Both the position numbers and the translations under genes were made by a program. A stretch of 62,951 nucleotides of DNA, the filler included, from Octopus bimaculoides (Eukaryota), in NCBI RefSeq assembly GCF_001194135.2. It is 4 parts of 4 records of this genome, joined end to end, with 100 filler letters (N's around TTAATTAATTAA, not from the genome) between each part and the next. Parts side by side here need not be neighbours in the genome. Positions count along the whole stretch, not along the records: positions 1 to 15,189 come from NC_068985.1; 3 more parts are not named here. The stretch is one strand, 5' to 3'. How positions within the stretch are numbered: the first letter of the stretch is position 1; each line of letters opens with the position of its first letter. A model generated the notes under the pieces. The model searched no databases, was not told where the DNA came from, and saw only the letters and a list, made by a program, of their open reading frames with translations. Shown piece by piece: positions 1 to 12,782 of this stretch.

Positions 1-44
<44 letters not shown>

Positions 45-763
45 CGACCTTGTTAAATCGCCGCAGTTGTTAAAGCAAGGCGTTGTAAAAAAAATATAAT
101 TATTTATAAAAACGTGAGAGGAATATTGAAAAACAAGTGTAGCAATTAATAGGGGAGATAACTCTGTACAGTCTCTGGAAAAATATGTAATATCGTTAGA
201 GAAAATTATACGTAGGCACAATGCCAGCAATTTTGAAGTGGTTGTGCAAGTCGATATTTAAGATATATGATTTATATATGGCACTTATGTAATTGCATCT
301 ATTATTAATATGTAGATGAGTTGAAATATTAGGCATATTAAACTATTTCGTAGTAGACATCTTTGCAATCCATCCTCACTATCGTTTATTGAGTAGGCCA
401 GTGATGTTGAAAATGTCTTACGCATGATTATTCCATCCTTTTTTTTTTCACTCGTTTTCAATACTACATTAATCAGTGTAATGTAAGGGAAATTTTACGA
501 TTATTTCTAGCAGATCAAGCAACCATGTACCAACATCTTCGTGCACTCGTCCTTTCACAGTTGATCAAACGGGAAGGTGACTAGTATCTTTGATCAAACT
601 AACTATACTCTGCTTCACAACAGTAAAATCTTCTGCTTATTTGAGAAATCTGTACATTTTAAATCGCCAGAATGATAACTGGACTTGTTCATTTTATAAA
701 ACAACGCATCCATTCAAACGAAATTATTCTTTTCTTACTTTTGAAAATATCCATACCATGTAG

Positions 764-1175
764 GCGTAGGAGTGGCTGTGTGGTAAGTAGCTAGCTTACC
801 AACCACATGGTCCCGGGTTCAGTCCCACTGTGCGGCATCTTGGGCAAGTGTCTTCTACTATAGCCTCGGGCCGACCAAAGCCTTGTGAGTGGATTTGGTA
901 GACAGAAACTGAAAGAAGCCCGTCGTATATATGTATATATATATATGTATGTGTGTGTGTATGTTTGTATGTGTGTGCTTGTCCCCCCAACATTGCTTGA
1001 CGACCGATGCTGGTGTGTTTATGTCCCCGTAACATAGCGGTTCGGCAAAAGAGATCGATAGAATAAGTACTAGGCTTCTAAAGAATAAGTCCTGGGGTCG
1101 ATTTGCTCAACTAAAAGGCGGTGCTCCAGCATGGCCACAGTCAAAAGACTGAAACAAGTAAAAGAGTAAAAGAGT
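764..1175 (+). mobile_element. Full-length tRNA-derived CORE-like SINE (octopus OR-like) with internal TA/TG microsatellite
   Basis: A box tggctgtgtggtaag, B box gggttcagtccc, CORE-like cttgggcaagtgtctt, (gtaaaaga) tail. Partial copies near 12920, 15125, 16676, 17575, 20410, 28325, 32690, 35560, 49130, 52085 and 53400. Confidence 0.85.
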
Positions 1176-1485
1176 ATGTAATATATTCTCTGTGTGTTTT
1201 GTGAAATTATTTATTTACTTTTGAAAATACCCTGTATTAGAAATAATGTAGTATATTAGATAGAACTAAAACATCTCTTACTGTCACTCACTCACATACT
1301 CTATATTTGTTGTTTGCCAACCTCCTACTTCAACATTAGCACTATGTGACAGCAAACAAATTGTTATATAGGGATCAAAATATATCTTATATTATAACTA
1401 ATTAATCATTGTAATATGAGATACTATATTGCATTATTTTGATATAGTTTATAATATCTGCTTTTTGTTTTTGTCTCATTCTTAG

Positions 1486-1558
1486 TTCAATGCCTGGCAC
1501 AACTGTTGCTGAATATGAGAGCTGTTTGAAAAAGATATATACTGTCACTACTGTTCAG
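1486..1558 (+). CDS. EIF4E3: eIF4E class III (eIF4E-3) internal coding exon, SMPGTTVAEYESCLKKIYTVTTVQ
   Basis: Polypyrimidine acceptor ttttgtctcattcttag and GTGAG donor; phase 2 to 0. Peptide aligns by eye with human EIF4E3 [24 protein letters not shown] (recalled sequence). Confidence 0.95.
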
Positions 1559-1815
1559 GTGAGAAGTTTCCTGTTTCTGTTTTATTTTCATTTCATTTTG
1601 CTTGTTGCGAGTCATGTAGAATAAAAAGTGGTCTTTCCTCTACCCTCCCTAGTTAAATAGATCCACATTGCTCAAGACTTCCTTCTTTAAGCATCAATCT
1701 TCTGGAATTTCCTCTTACTCATTTTTTCCTTCAGACATTAACTAAGAGTCCAGAAGAACCTTTAGTCTTGCCGAGGGCATGTCAACCTCTCTCTTGCTTG
1801 TATCATGATAAAATG

Positions 1816-2309
1816 TGTAAGAACGACCGTGCGAACTCAAAAAGGAGATATGGTGACGAATGGAAAAACAGAGGACTCCTTTTATTTAAACGCGTCACAC
1901 GGTCGAACACAAAAGTAATATATCAAAGATGATATACATAAATAATGTTATACTTCGATAACATAGATGACCAGTAATGAAAGACCACAACCGTATAAGA
2001 TGAATAACAGAGATATTTATTGTGGCATTAAAGTGTATGTCTGTGTGAGAGTGTGAATGCGACATATAAGAACATAATCAAAGACAGGCCGTCATACAAA
2101 GAAAAGTGTGTATGTGAGTGATACATGTATGTGTATGTGAGTTATTACAGCAGATAGAAAGAGTCAATAACACGTGAGCATTTATACCAGTTCTTTAGTA
2201 CACAATTGGAAAAGTCTGTATGTGAGAGTAGTTGAGGCTGTGTGTGGCAGAGCTGATCACTAGTTGTGATGTTGTGGCATCGATGCCGGGCCGTGATTCT
2301 TGTTATACA
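1816..2309. mobile_element. Possible solo LTR
   Basis: TGT...ACA termini about 494 bp apart and an AATAAA on the minus strand. The right flank runs into an N gap, so no TSD can be checked. Confidence 0.3.
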
Positions 2310-3476
2310 GNNNNNNNNNNNNNNNNNNNNNNNNNNNNNNNNNNNNNNNNNNNNNNNNNNNNNNNNNNNNNNNNNNNNNNNNNNNNNNNNNNNNNNNNNN
2401 NNNNNNNNNNNNNNNNNNNNNNNNNNNNNNNNNNNNNNNNNNNNNNNNNNNNNNNNNNNNNNNNNNNNNNNNNNNNNNNNNNNNNNNNNNNNNNNNNNNN
2501 NNNNNNNNNNNNNNNNNNNNNNNNNNNNNNNNNNNNNNNNNNNNNNNNNNNNNNNNNNNNNNNNNNNNNNNNNNNNNNNNNNNNNNNNNNNNNNNNNNNN
2601 NNNNNNNNNNNNNGTACACGGCAGTCTCTATAGAGAAACTGGACCGAGACGAATTTGGCCGCCGAGTTAAAGCTATTTATAACAAACTATCGGCTCCCGA
2701 ATGCTTCAGAAAAATACTCTATCATGTGACCTTATTAGGGGCCGTGATTGGTCAGTTTGCATTCTGGCGGGAACGGTTCGAAGAAGTTGCCGCTTTGAAT
2801 ATTAATCAGTCACGTGATGACAAGGTTGATGGCTTCTCCGCTACGCTCGCGCTTATTTATATTTAAATGAGAAGAATGGCGATAGCAGTTTTGTATCTAA
2901 TGGCGATAGTTAGTTTTGTATGTAATGGCGATCGAGGTGTTAGTTTCACTACAAATGCATCCCATACATTATGTAGGTGGTTGCTGTTAGGAAGGGTATT
3001 CAGCCATAGAAAATAGGCTCAGAATTAAATACATGAGTGAATGCAGTCCTATGATGCTTCTAAGAGAGCAGTAATTATGAATAAACTGACTTGGACTCTG
3101 ATGACTTGTCCAACATGGAAATCAAGTAGAAGATGATGATGGTGAAGTTGAGCATAAACTGTATTGATCTTAACCTGTCTCAGAAATCTTACAAAGGTCA
3201 TGAGTATAGTCAGCCCTTTCCTTCCTGACTAAACCTTTAAAAAAACAAAACAAACCCCTATATGATTTACTTCCTCTGCTAAAGCCCTTATAAAAGGCAT
3301 GAGAACAGTACAATATGTATTTCTTGTCTCTTACTAAACACAACTTTGGGTTTATTGTAAAACTGTATAATGTCAGTAGAACTTGTCATGCTTTATTGGT
3401 TTTATTCTCTCTTTTCTTCATAAGCCCCAAAGAAAATATTAGATTTATAAGCCCTAAAATTCACTCCATAATTGCC

Positions 3477-4117
3477 CATGGGCATATGGCATAGTGGTTA
3501 AGAGCTTGGGCTATTAACCCCAAAATTCCGAGTTCGATTCCAGGCAGTGACCTGAATAATAATAATAATAATTAAAAATATTATTAATAATAATAATAAT
3601 AATAAATGCCCTGATGGCTTCTGATCTTAATTGATTGGAAGTGTTATCATGTACATTGTTTTGTCTTGGTATAAAAAGATGGGCTACAGCAAATATTCTG
3701 CTCAATACCACAGATTTGCTTGTTAATTGTTTGACCTTAACCAGTTGAGCATGTCCCTTGGTGGCTGATGTTATGTGCATCTCTGATCATGAGCAGAAGT
3801 AGTGGGGGAGCATCATAGCCATGTATTGAGAGGAATTCTTTGGGGTTTGAATAATTCACCTTTGGAAACATGGGTGTTTTGCTCAACATCCTTAAACAAA
3901 CCTTACTAAGGGACCTTTTGAGCAGGATGGGCTACTCGACCTAAAGAAACTGGGCCCCACCTGCGAGGTCATGCGCTGTTTATCTTGATATGAGATCACC
4001 ATGTCGCGCACATATGGTTGTGATGCATGTGCCTGGTGTACCCTTATCAGACGGGTAGTCATGATGGATATAATGGGTTTCGTATATTTTACCCCAGTGT
4101 CACTTTGATAGCATGCA
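3477..4117 (+). mobile_element. tRNA-headed SINE with (AAT)n spacer and conserved body
   Basis: A box tggcatagtggtt and B box gagttcgattcc at 3485-3545. The body 3697-4117 recurs inverted at 8631-9058. Confidence 0.8.
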
Positions 4118-4130
4118 AAAAGAGATGATG

Positions 4131-4164
<34 letters not shown>

Positions 4165-4199
4165 TAACAATAACAACAACAACAACAAAATACCTTAGG

Positions 4200-4765
4200 G
4201 GAACAGGTGATAGTCAGATGGGGCCAAATCAGGAGAGTATAGAGTGTGATCAACCAGTTCAAAGCCACAATCATGAACAGCAGCCATTGAAAGTAAGGGC
4301 TTGTATGCTAGAGCATTGTCTTGATGAAACAAAACACCTTTCATCAGTTTTCCTGAGCATTTTGTAACTGCCTCAGCAAGTTGGCATAGTACTCTCTGTT
4401 GATGGTGTGGCCTTTTTGAAGATAGTCAGTAAACACAATGCCTTTTGTATCCCAAGAGACTGAGGCCATCACCTTCCTGGAGATGAAACAACTGTGGCCT
4501 TCTTTGGAGCAGGTGATGAGGTGTTTCCAGTGAATGGATTGTCTCTTTGTCTCTAGCTGAAAGTAATGAAGCCAACAACTCATCCTGTGTTAGGAAGCAT
4601 TGAAGGAAACCAGCTGGATCTGCCTCAGACATTGTAAAATTTTCCTGTAATGTGATCATCCTGGTGCCCTTTTGATCATGTTTCAGATGTGCCATCCACT
4701 GCAGAAACCTTTGTCATGCTAAGTTCATGGTGAAGCATATTCTGAACTCTTTCATGGGATATGCT
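4200..4765 (-). mobile_element. Degenerate mariner transposase fragment
   Basis: Minus-strand peptides MASVSWDTKGIVFTDYLQKGHTINREYYANLLRQL and ISHERVQNMLHHELSMTKVSA, plus a decayed HPPYSPDLAPSDY-like region; frameshifted. Confidence 0.85.
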
Positions 4766-4768
4766 AAT

Positions 4769-4818
<50 letters not shown>

Positions 4819-4826
4819 AACACACA

Positions 4827-4857
<31 letters not shown>

Positions 4858-5087
4858 ATCATCATATAAGATATTGAATGAACATACACACTTTATCACA
4901 ATTATAATCATCATCACAAATAACAAAATCTTAAAAATAATCAAGTATTTATTCAGTTATATGTATATATGTGAATGAACACTCACAAATATGTGTGTGC
5001 ACACACACACAGACATACAGACACACACACACACTCTCAACAATATCAAAGTCTTGTAAATTCTTTCTTTGTTTTCCTAATTTTCAG

Positions 5088-5182
5088 AAATTCTGGAGTG
5101 TATATAACAACATACCTGATGTGAAGTTTCTGAGTAATCGTTGTTCCTACCACTTAATGAGAGGCAAAAGAAGGCCTGTATG
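5088..5182 (+). CDS. EIF4E3: eIF4E-3 internal exon, [31 protein letters not shown](W)
   Basis: Acceptor ttttcag, donor GTGAGT; phase 0 to 2. Matches EIF4E3 FWSVYNNIP...[15 protein letters not shown]. Confidence 0.97.
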
Positions 5183-7108
5183 GTGAGTCTAATTATGATT
5201 GTTGTTGTTGTTGTTGTAGCCCCAAGTCAACTTTGATTGAGAAGATCTTTAATCAAAGACATTTGTTCCATGACTCTCCCATAGTTTATTCAGTCAGTGT
5301 ATTCATCCAATGTATTCATTTTTTTTGTTTTGTAAGTCAGTGCAGTGTTGTTTGAAGGGGGTTTAGCTGCTATTTCTAGAAGGTTGAGTAATTACGTAGA
5401 CCCTGATGTAGCAGTGGTGAACCAACATTATTAGTTGAGTGTGAGTGTGAGTGTCAGCTCTCTCTCTCTTCTAAGCTGATCATTACACCTAAGCTATTTA
5501 GGTGTAGTAACTGCAAAATGGTAGGACCATTAGAGTGTTAGATAGCATGCCATGCAATAATCTTCCCATATCTCTGCACCCTTAATTCAAGTCCCACCAA
5601 TCTCAACTTTGCCTATCATTCTTTTGAGATTGATCAAATATCAGTCCATTACTACTGTTGATTCTTCTCTCTTCCTTTCTCTCTTTGTCTTTCCCTCGCT
5701 CCCCCACCTCTCTGGATTGTACCTGTAATTTCACTGGTTTAGCCTTGCTGCATCACTGAATTGGCAGAGCCATTGGAGTTATGAATTGATGGCCTTGCAG
5801 TCTTTGTTCTGGCTTTTGACAGCCTGAGTTCAAGTCACTCTGCAGTCAACTCTTCCTTTCGTCCTTTCAGGGTTGCTAAAAAAAGTACTAATCCAGGGCA
5901 GTCTACCACAAGGTCTGGCCATGTTGTGTTGTGTTGTGGCTTGTGTGCCTCAATGGCCCTGAGAGCTATGCCAGCAGAACACAAACTCCTGGTAGAGCCA
6001 CTCATGCTGGACAGACCAAAGGATAGAGGCCACACTAATTATGAAGCACCTCTTTCCAGAGATAAAAATGGGTTTGCATAGAACCAACACCCCTACCTTA
6101 CAAAAAAGCCAAGTTATAGCTACAGTGATGATAATTCAAAACCAAGCAGTAAAGAAAAACCAACGATGGCCTGTGCTTCTTAGGGAGTGAAGGGCTTAAA
6201 TAGGTAATCTAAGGTAGTATATTAGCAGAACTGTTAGTGGATTAGGTGAGATGTATCTCTGATGAGAATAGGAATGCTTGATTCTTCAGCTGGTTCCAAA
6301 CCCAATTTCGCTCCCTTCCAGGAGCCTATATAATAAATACCATTAAGATTTAACCTAGGTTTATCTCTTCACCTTATAATAAATTTGTAGGATGTTAGGA
6401 AGGACATCCAGCCATAGAGATCAAGCCAAAGCAGACAGTAGAGCTTGGTGTAGTCTTCTGGTTCCCCAGTGTCTGTTGAACCATCCAACATGGAAAGCAG
6501 ACATTAAATGATGATGATGATTATTTGAGCATCAAATAGTGCCTTGTGGTATTTGTTCCAACTCTCAATTTTACCTTTCATCCTTTTAGGGTTATTTAAA
6601 AAAGAAAGTACCAGTCTAGTGGTGGTAGGGAAGGTAGGGTTGGTGGAATTGTAAGAATGTTGAACTGGCTAAGTTTAAACCCCGTGATGGTCTACTTGGA
6701 AGGTAAACTTAGTCTGTTGCCCAGTTTAACACTACCTGGGACATGGGCACCTTAAACAGGGTTCATTCTGTTGTAAGTATTCGGATCAGGTCTCCAGTTT
6801 GAGGATACCTTACCCTTTCCTTCATACCTGTCTTGGAAGCCTTGTAAAGGGTCATGAATACTGCCTTCCCTTCTAACTAAAAAGTTTCTTTGTCACATAA
6901 ATACAACATGCATCCCACTTTTAGAATATGTACATTGACCCTGCACATTGTAAGTGGTGACTAAAAGGGTTGGCATCTAGCCATAAAACGTTACTTCAGA
7001 AAACCTAGCCAACTTGTGCCAGCATGGTAAATCAGATGTGTAACAGAAATGATGACAATGATTTCTTTATGAAATAAGAATACTCTGTTGTTGAGTAGTT
7101 TGAGCAGA

Positions 7109-7146
<38 letters not shown>

Positions 7147-7537
7147 CTCCTGTTTTGTTGGGTGATATGGGTGAGGTTTTAGTAGCAATTTAACCCAGGT
7201 CAGCCCTGATTGATCAGACCTATACCATCACCAGCTGGTCTTTTCTATATCTAGGATCATGTTCAATGTAACATGTTATTTCATAACATAATACAATGAG
7301 ATTTGAGGGAAATTTAGCTGCTACTTCTCGATGATCAAGTGACTGTGTAGAAACACCCTTGTTCTTAAGCATTGGTAAAGTTGTGTGAAAATTCTTGTGG
7401 AATTCTTGGCTTTGTCACCAGCAGATAACTTCCATGCTCCCCTTCTTCTTTCTCTTCACATTCTTTCCTCCTCCCTGTTCTCATTCTCAGCCTCACTTCT
7501 TCACAGCAGAAAACACAACCACTGACTTATGTTCGTG

Positions 7538-7590
<53 letters not shown>

Positions 7591-8630
7591 TTATAAAATA
7601 TTATTCATCATAACTATTACCAGCACCTCCATCACCAGCATTCACCACCACCTTTATCATCTACTTTCAATAGCTGGCAGAAACAGACGATAATGACAAT
7701 GTGGCAGCCTATACCCACATTGCATTGTGAGAAGATGTTAGTCAATAGCTTGTTCTTTCTTATCCAGTTGAATTTTGGCTGGTGGTGAGAAAATCTAGTA
7801 TCTGCCATCAGCACTTCTCTAGTAAATTACCGTAGACGAAAAGACAGCCGTTAAAATACCAGAAATGCTGCTGGTGAACTAACGTATTTTGCAGCATTGA
7901 GTTACTTCCCTTCGCTGTTGGGCTTCAGTTTCACTTGGCGTTCAGTTTGTGTTTCATCTCTGCTGTCGGGGGTGTATTGTTAATGTATTTATTTCACAAC
8001 AACATGGTTTCAGGTCTTGATCCCACTGTCTTCTACCATAGCATCTGACTTGCTAAAACCATTGGGGTTTGAAATTTGTTAGAGGGAAAAGTGAGAGACA
8101 GCCTGGGTGATATACTTAATCTGTTACCGTAACACCCACACCTGGTTCTTGGGTGTTTATAGCTGAATCCATTCTGTTTTGAATATTCAGGCCAAGTTTC
8201 TTGTCTGGAGATAATTTCCTCCTCCTTGTCAGTCTTAGAGACTAAAAAGAATCCTGAATGAAAATCCTTATTTCTTTCTATTAAAAAATATTAGATACCA
8301 GTAATATGCAGGGACAATTGAATCAACTCCACAGTTGCCATATTAATGTCAACTTGTCAAAGTTAAAAATTATCATCCTTATTAAGGTGGTGGGTTGTGA
8401 GAATTGTTAACAAACTGGACAAAAAGGTTTGCAGCATTTTGTTTGTCTTTATGTTCCGGGTTTATATTCCACCAAGGTTGACTTTTCTTTTCATGCTTTT
8501 GGGACTTATGTAATAAGTATCATTTGAGCATTGGGGTCAAAAATATTGACTAACTTCCTTCCCCCAAATTACAGGCCTTGTGGCTATTGTAGAAAGAATC
8601 TTTTTTTATTATTATTGAGTGAGAGAACAG

Positions 8631-9057
8631 TGCATGCCATCAAAGTGACACTGGGGTAAAATATACGAAGCCCAATATACCCATCATGACTACCCGTCTG
8701 ATAAGAGTACACCAGGCACATGCATCACAACCATATGTGCATGGTATGGTGATCTCATATCAAAATAAACAGCACATGACCTCGCAGGTGGGGCCCAGTT
8801 AGAATTTTCTTCACGTTGAGTAGCCCATGCCGCTCAAAAGGTCCCTGAATAAGGTTTGTTTAAGGATGTTGAGCAAAACACCCATGTTTCCAAAGGTGAA
8901 TTATTCAAACCCCAAAGAACTCCTCTCAATACATGGCTATGATGCTCCCCCACTACTTCTGCTCATGATCAGAGATGCACATATCGTCAGCCACTAAGGG
9001 ACATGCTCAACTGGTTAAGGTCAAACAACTGACAAGCAAATCTGTGGTATTAAGCAG

Positions 9058-9058
<1 letters not shown>
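8631..9058 (-). mobile_element. Inverted copy of the 3697-4117 SINE body
   Basis: Reverse complement aligns over about 430 bp with few differences by eye; flanked by (TTA)n. Confidence 0.9.
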
Positions 9059-9099
<41 letters not shown>

Positions 9100-9105
<6 letters not shown>

Positions 9106-10120
9106 GTGGTTAGTTGCAGAAATGTTAGCATGCTGGACAAAATGCTTTGTGGTATTTCATCTGTCCTTAAGTTCTGAGTTCGAATGCTGCCTAGATTGCC
9201 CTTGCATTTCATCCTTTCAGGGTTGATAAAATAAGGACCAGTTGAGCACTGGGGTCTATGTAATTGACTATCTCTCTTTCCCCAAATCTCGGGCCTTGAG
9301 CCGATATTAGAAAGTATTATTATTGGGCAGAATCAGCATAGTATCAGACAGAATGCTTTACAATTTTTTCTGGCTTTTTCAAACTTTGCACTGATCAACA
9401 TTTCCTTGAATTGCTTCAGGTCAATAAAATTAAGTACCAGTCAGGTACTTGGCTCAATTTGATTTACTAACCACCTCCACTTAAAATTCTTGACCTTCTA
9501 CCTAAATTAGAAACATTTAGCACTTGGCAGAATTGTTAGAACAATAATGTCTTTTGATTTATTCTGTTTTTTTACATTCTTTGTTAAAATTCTGCCAGTC
9601 AGTTTTTTTCCCTTTATTGTTCTAAGATTGATGAAGTACCAGACAGAAACTAGGGTCATCTCCCCGCATAAATTTCTCGCCTTAGGCCTGTGTTAGGAAT
9701 GGCATAGTTATTAGAATGTCAGACAAAGCACTTAGTGGTATTTAGTTATGGCTCTTTAACTTCTGAGATGAAATCCTGCCATGGTCAGCTTAGCCTTTAA
9801 TCCACTCAGATTTGATGAAATAATGTACCAGTCGTATATGAAGTCAATGTAGTTGACTTTCTCCCTTCTCCTCAAAATTGCTAGTTTTGTGCCAAAATTG
9901 TTGTTATTATTAAGGTGAGCTGGCAGAATTGTTAGCACACTGGGCGAAATGCTTAACAGCATTTTGTCTGCCTTTACATTGAGTTCGAATTCTGCCGAGG
10001 TTGATTTTGCCTTTTATCCTTCTGGTGTCGATTAAATGAGTACCAGTTGAACACTGGGGTTGATGTGATCGACTAACCCTCTTCCCTCTAATTTCAGGCC
10101 TTGTGCCTATAGTAGAAAGG

Positions 10121-10182
<62 letters not shown>

Positions 10183-10390
10183 GGTGGCGAGCTGGCAGAA
10201 TCATTAGCATGCTGGCAAAATGCTTAGTGGCATTTCGTTTGTCTTCTTGTTCTGAGTTCCAATTCCACTGAAGCTGACTTTGCCTTTCATCCTCGTTAAA
10301 ATAAGTATCGGTTGAGTACTGGGGTCGAAGTAATTGACTTATCCCATTCCCTGAAATTGCTGGCTTTGTGCCAAAATTTGAAATCATTAT
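9100..10390 (+). mobile_element. Head-to-tail cluster of about six family-B SINE copies separated by (TTA)n
   Basis: Repeats of gagctggcagaa..ttagcac..gagttcaaattc..ctttcatcct..aagtaccag. Best copies at 9912-10120 and 10182-10385; others at 8385, 22560, 23176 and 45330. Confidence 0.85.
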
Positions 10391-10962
10391 TATTATTAGG
10401 CAGAATTTGTTCGAGCTTTAGTTAAAATGGCTTATAATTTATTGTGGTTCTTGACCTTCTGAATTCAGATTTTTTTAACCATGGCATGATTAGAACTTGG
10501 AATGTACATAGCTATAACCAAATACCACAAGGTATTTTACCGGATTCTCTAATGATTCTGTCAATGCACCACCCTTTAATTCCTGGAAAAGGCAGAAGGC
10601 CAGAAATTTGCAGGAAGAGTCAATTATATCAAACCCACTTCTTGATTGGTACTTTTTCAAGCCTAAAAGACTAAAAAGTAAAATAAACTATGATCAAATA
10701 AATAGTGCGTGTGTTTAATTGGAAAAAGATTACCATCCCCAAGTATAACAATATAGAAAAAAATTTAAATCTTGAAATTTGATCTGAATTTTGTGTTTTT
10801 CAAATTGAATTTTGCTTCATGACTGAATTTCAGTTTTAGACTCAAATCTGATATTGGTTCATTTTACACTGTTAAAAAAAATTGTTGAATCAAATTATCT
10901 TCTAGTTTGGTCGAAGTTGAAACTGATATAAATATTCAATTTTTTTCTCTTCAAATCTCCAG

Positions 10963-11023
10963 GGAAGATGAATTCAATTGCAAGGGAGGTCACTGGCGTT
11001 TTAAATGTAGTAAGAACTACACG
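10963..11023 (+). CDS. EIF4E3: eIF4E-3 internal exon, (W)EDEFNCKGGHWRFKCSKNYT
   Basis: Acceptor ctccag, donor GTAAGT; phase 2 to 0 completes the TG|G Trp codon. Matches [21 protein letters not shown]. Confidence 0.95.
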
Positions 11024-11419
11024 GTAAGTTATCTCCCTTTGTCACTTACAGACTCTTCATTACTACGCAATCGGATTGATAGATTGGTGATGATATTATC
11101 TTCGCCTTATATCAGACTGGAAATAAAACAGAATACCTACGGTGAGAGAAATGGAGAAAAATGCTATTTAGCCCTTGGTCGACTTTGATTAAAGACTTTA
11201 GAAAGACAGAAAAATACTCTTAAAAGTCTTTAACTACTGTTTGAAAGGCAGAATGGCTTGAACCTTTTGGAAAAAAAAACTTTCCAAAAGCTTTGTGTCA
11301 TTCTGTTTTACACAAAAAATCTTTTTAAATAGTTGATAACTTTTAAGAAATCTTTTTAAGTATTGCGAGTGCATCAAGCATTTTTTGTAGAAATTTTGAA
11401 ATTATATATATACACCAAT

Positions 11420-11619
11420 GCCAGAACGGGACGACACTGCATAGTGCCAAAGATCCCAGCAATGCCATCGCGCTTCAGGACCAGTTACTGCAACAGCTTG
11501 GGATTCAGGGTCCCACAGCTTTTTAATATTCTCCCAAAGAGCCTGAGGAATCTGCACAAAGTAGATGTAGGAGTTTTTAAATCAAAGCTGGACCTCTTCC
11601 TATCGAGAGTCCCAGATGA
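11420..11619 (+). mobile_element. CR1-group LINE ORF2 C-terminal fragment
   Basis: Peptide RTGRHCIVP...NSLGFRVPQLFNILPKSLRNLHKVDVGVFKSKLDLFLSRVPD, typical of CR1/L2-group 3' ends; cut by a gap. Confidence 0.75.
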
Positions 11620-11760
11620 NNNNNNNNNNATATATATAAAGAATAAGGAGAAAACAGAGAGGTAATTAATAAAATTATTTATTAATTATAAAATATGACA
11701 ACATCTCTGACAGCTGTTTCGATTCAGAAAGTTTTAGATAATTAATTCATAAAATTAAAA

Positions 11761-11812
<52 letters not shown>

Positions 11813-11941
11813 ACTGACTCACTGACTCACTGACTCACTCTCTCTCTCTCTTATGTGTAATATAAGTTTATGTGAAATATTATCAAGTGCATATAGTTCG
11901 CTTGATTAGTTCTGTTGTATTTTGTCTTTTATGTTTTATAG

Positions 11942-12008
11942 TCAACTCTTTGGAAGGAATTGTTGCTGGCCGCCATAGGAGAACAACTTAATGATTCCCT
12001 GGCAAAAG
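11942..12008 (+). CDS. EIF4E3: eIF4E-3 internal exon, STLWKELLLAAIGEQLNDSLAK(G)
   Basis: Acceptor ttttatag, donor GTAAAC; phase 0 to 1. Matches STVWKELLLATIGEQF. Downstream exons not found in the window. Confidence 0.95.
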
Positions 12009-12560
12009 GTAAACCAAGATGTGTATTACTTTTTTTTTAACACTTAGTTTTGTTTTCTTGTGTTGATAACGATGTTGTTTATTACGAGGCTAATATTGGG
12101 AGTGATGTTGGTGTTTGTAATGTTTGTGGTGACAGAAGTTGTGATGGTGTATTTGGTGCTTGTGCTTGTGGTGGTGATTGTCTTCTTAGTTATGATGATG
12201 CAGTGATGGTACTGGTTGTTGTGATAGTAGTGGTGGTAGTGATTGTGTTAGTAGTGCTAGTTGCAGTAGTGGTGACAGTAAACCTGGTGGTTGTGTTGGT
12301 AACGTTATTGCAACAAGAGTGACACATTTGATCTAGTATGATACCTTGCATCCTTTTGTTTGCAATTACTGTCATTGATACACTCATTGAAATGATGATG
12401 ATGATGATGATGATTGTTGTTGTCATTCTGTAGCCCCAGATCAGTCTTGATTAAGCTGACCTATGGTCAAAAGCATTCCAGTCATGATCATCTTGTTTGT
12501 TTTCTTTCACAAACAGTGTATCTAAGACAACAATATCCAGTGTATCCATTTTTTTCTTAA

Positions 12561-12782
12561 CCTTTAACATTGAATTTGACCATATTTGGCCAAAATGTCC
12601 TGCCTGTTTTGTGTTCAAACTGGCCAGATCTGGCTTCTCACACTAACCCTGCAATATCATTCTAAAAATTAATAGTTACCTTATCAAAATCTTGCAACTA
12701 CAATATAATTCATGATTAATTCAAAAGAATGTGAATTAAAAAAAGCAATACTTTTTGATATAATAATGTGAATACTAAAGAG
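12561..12782. mobile_element. piggyBac-like MITE with TTAA target sites; inverted relative at about 27803-28045
   Basis: ttaa|cctttaac...ctaaagag|ttaa termini. Reverse-complement similarity to 27803-28045. Confidence 0.55.

Noticed and set aside
3477-3560. tRNA gene candidates at A/B-box sequences (also 764, 49505 and 59488)
   Set aside because: No complete cloverleaf, and each continues into a dispersed repeat body; these are SINE heads.
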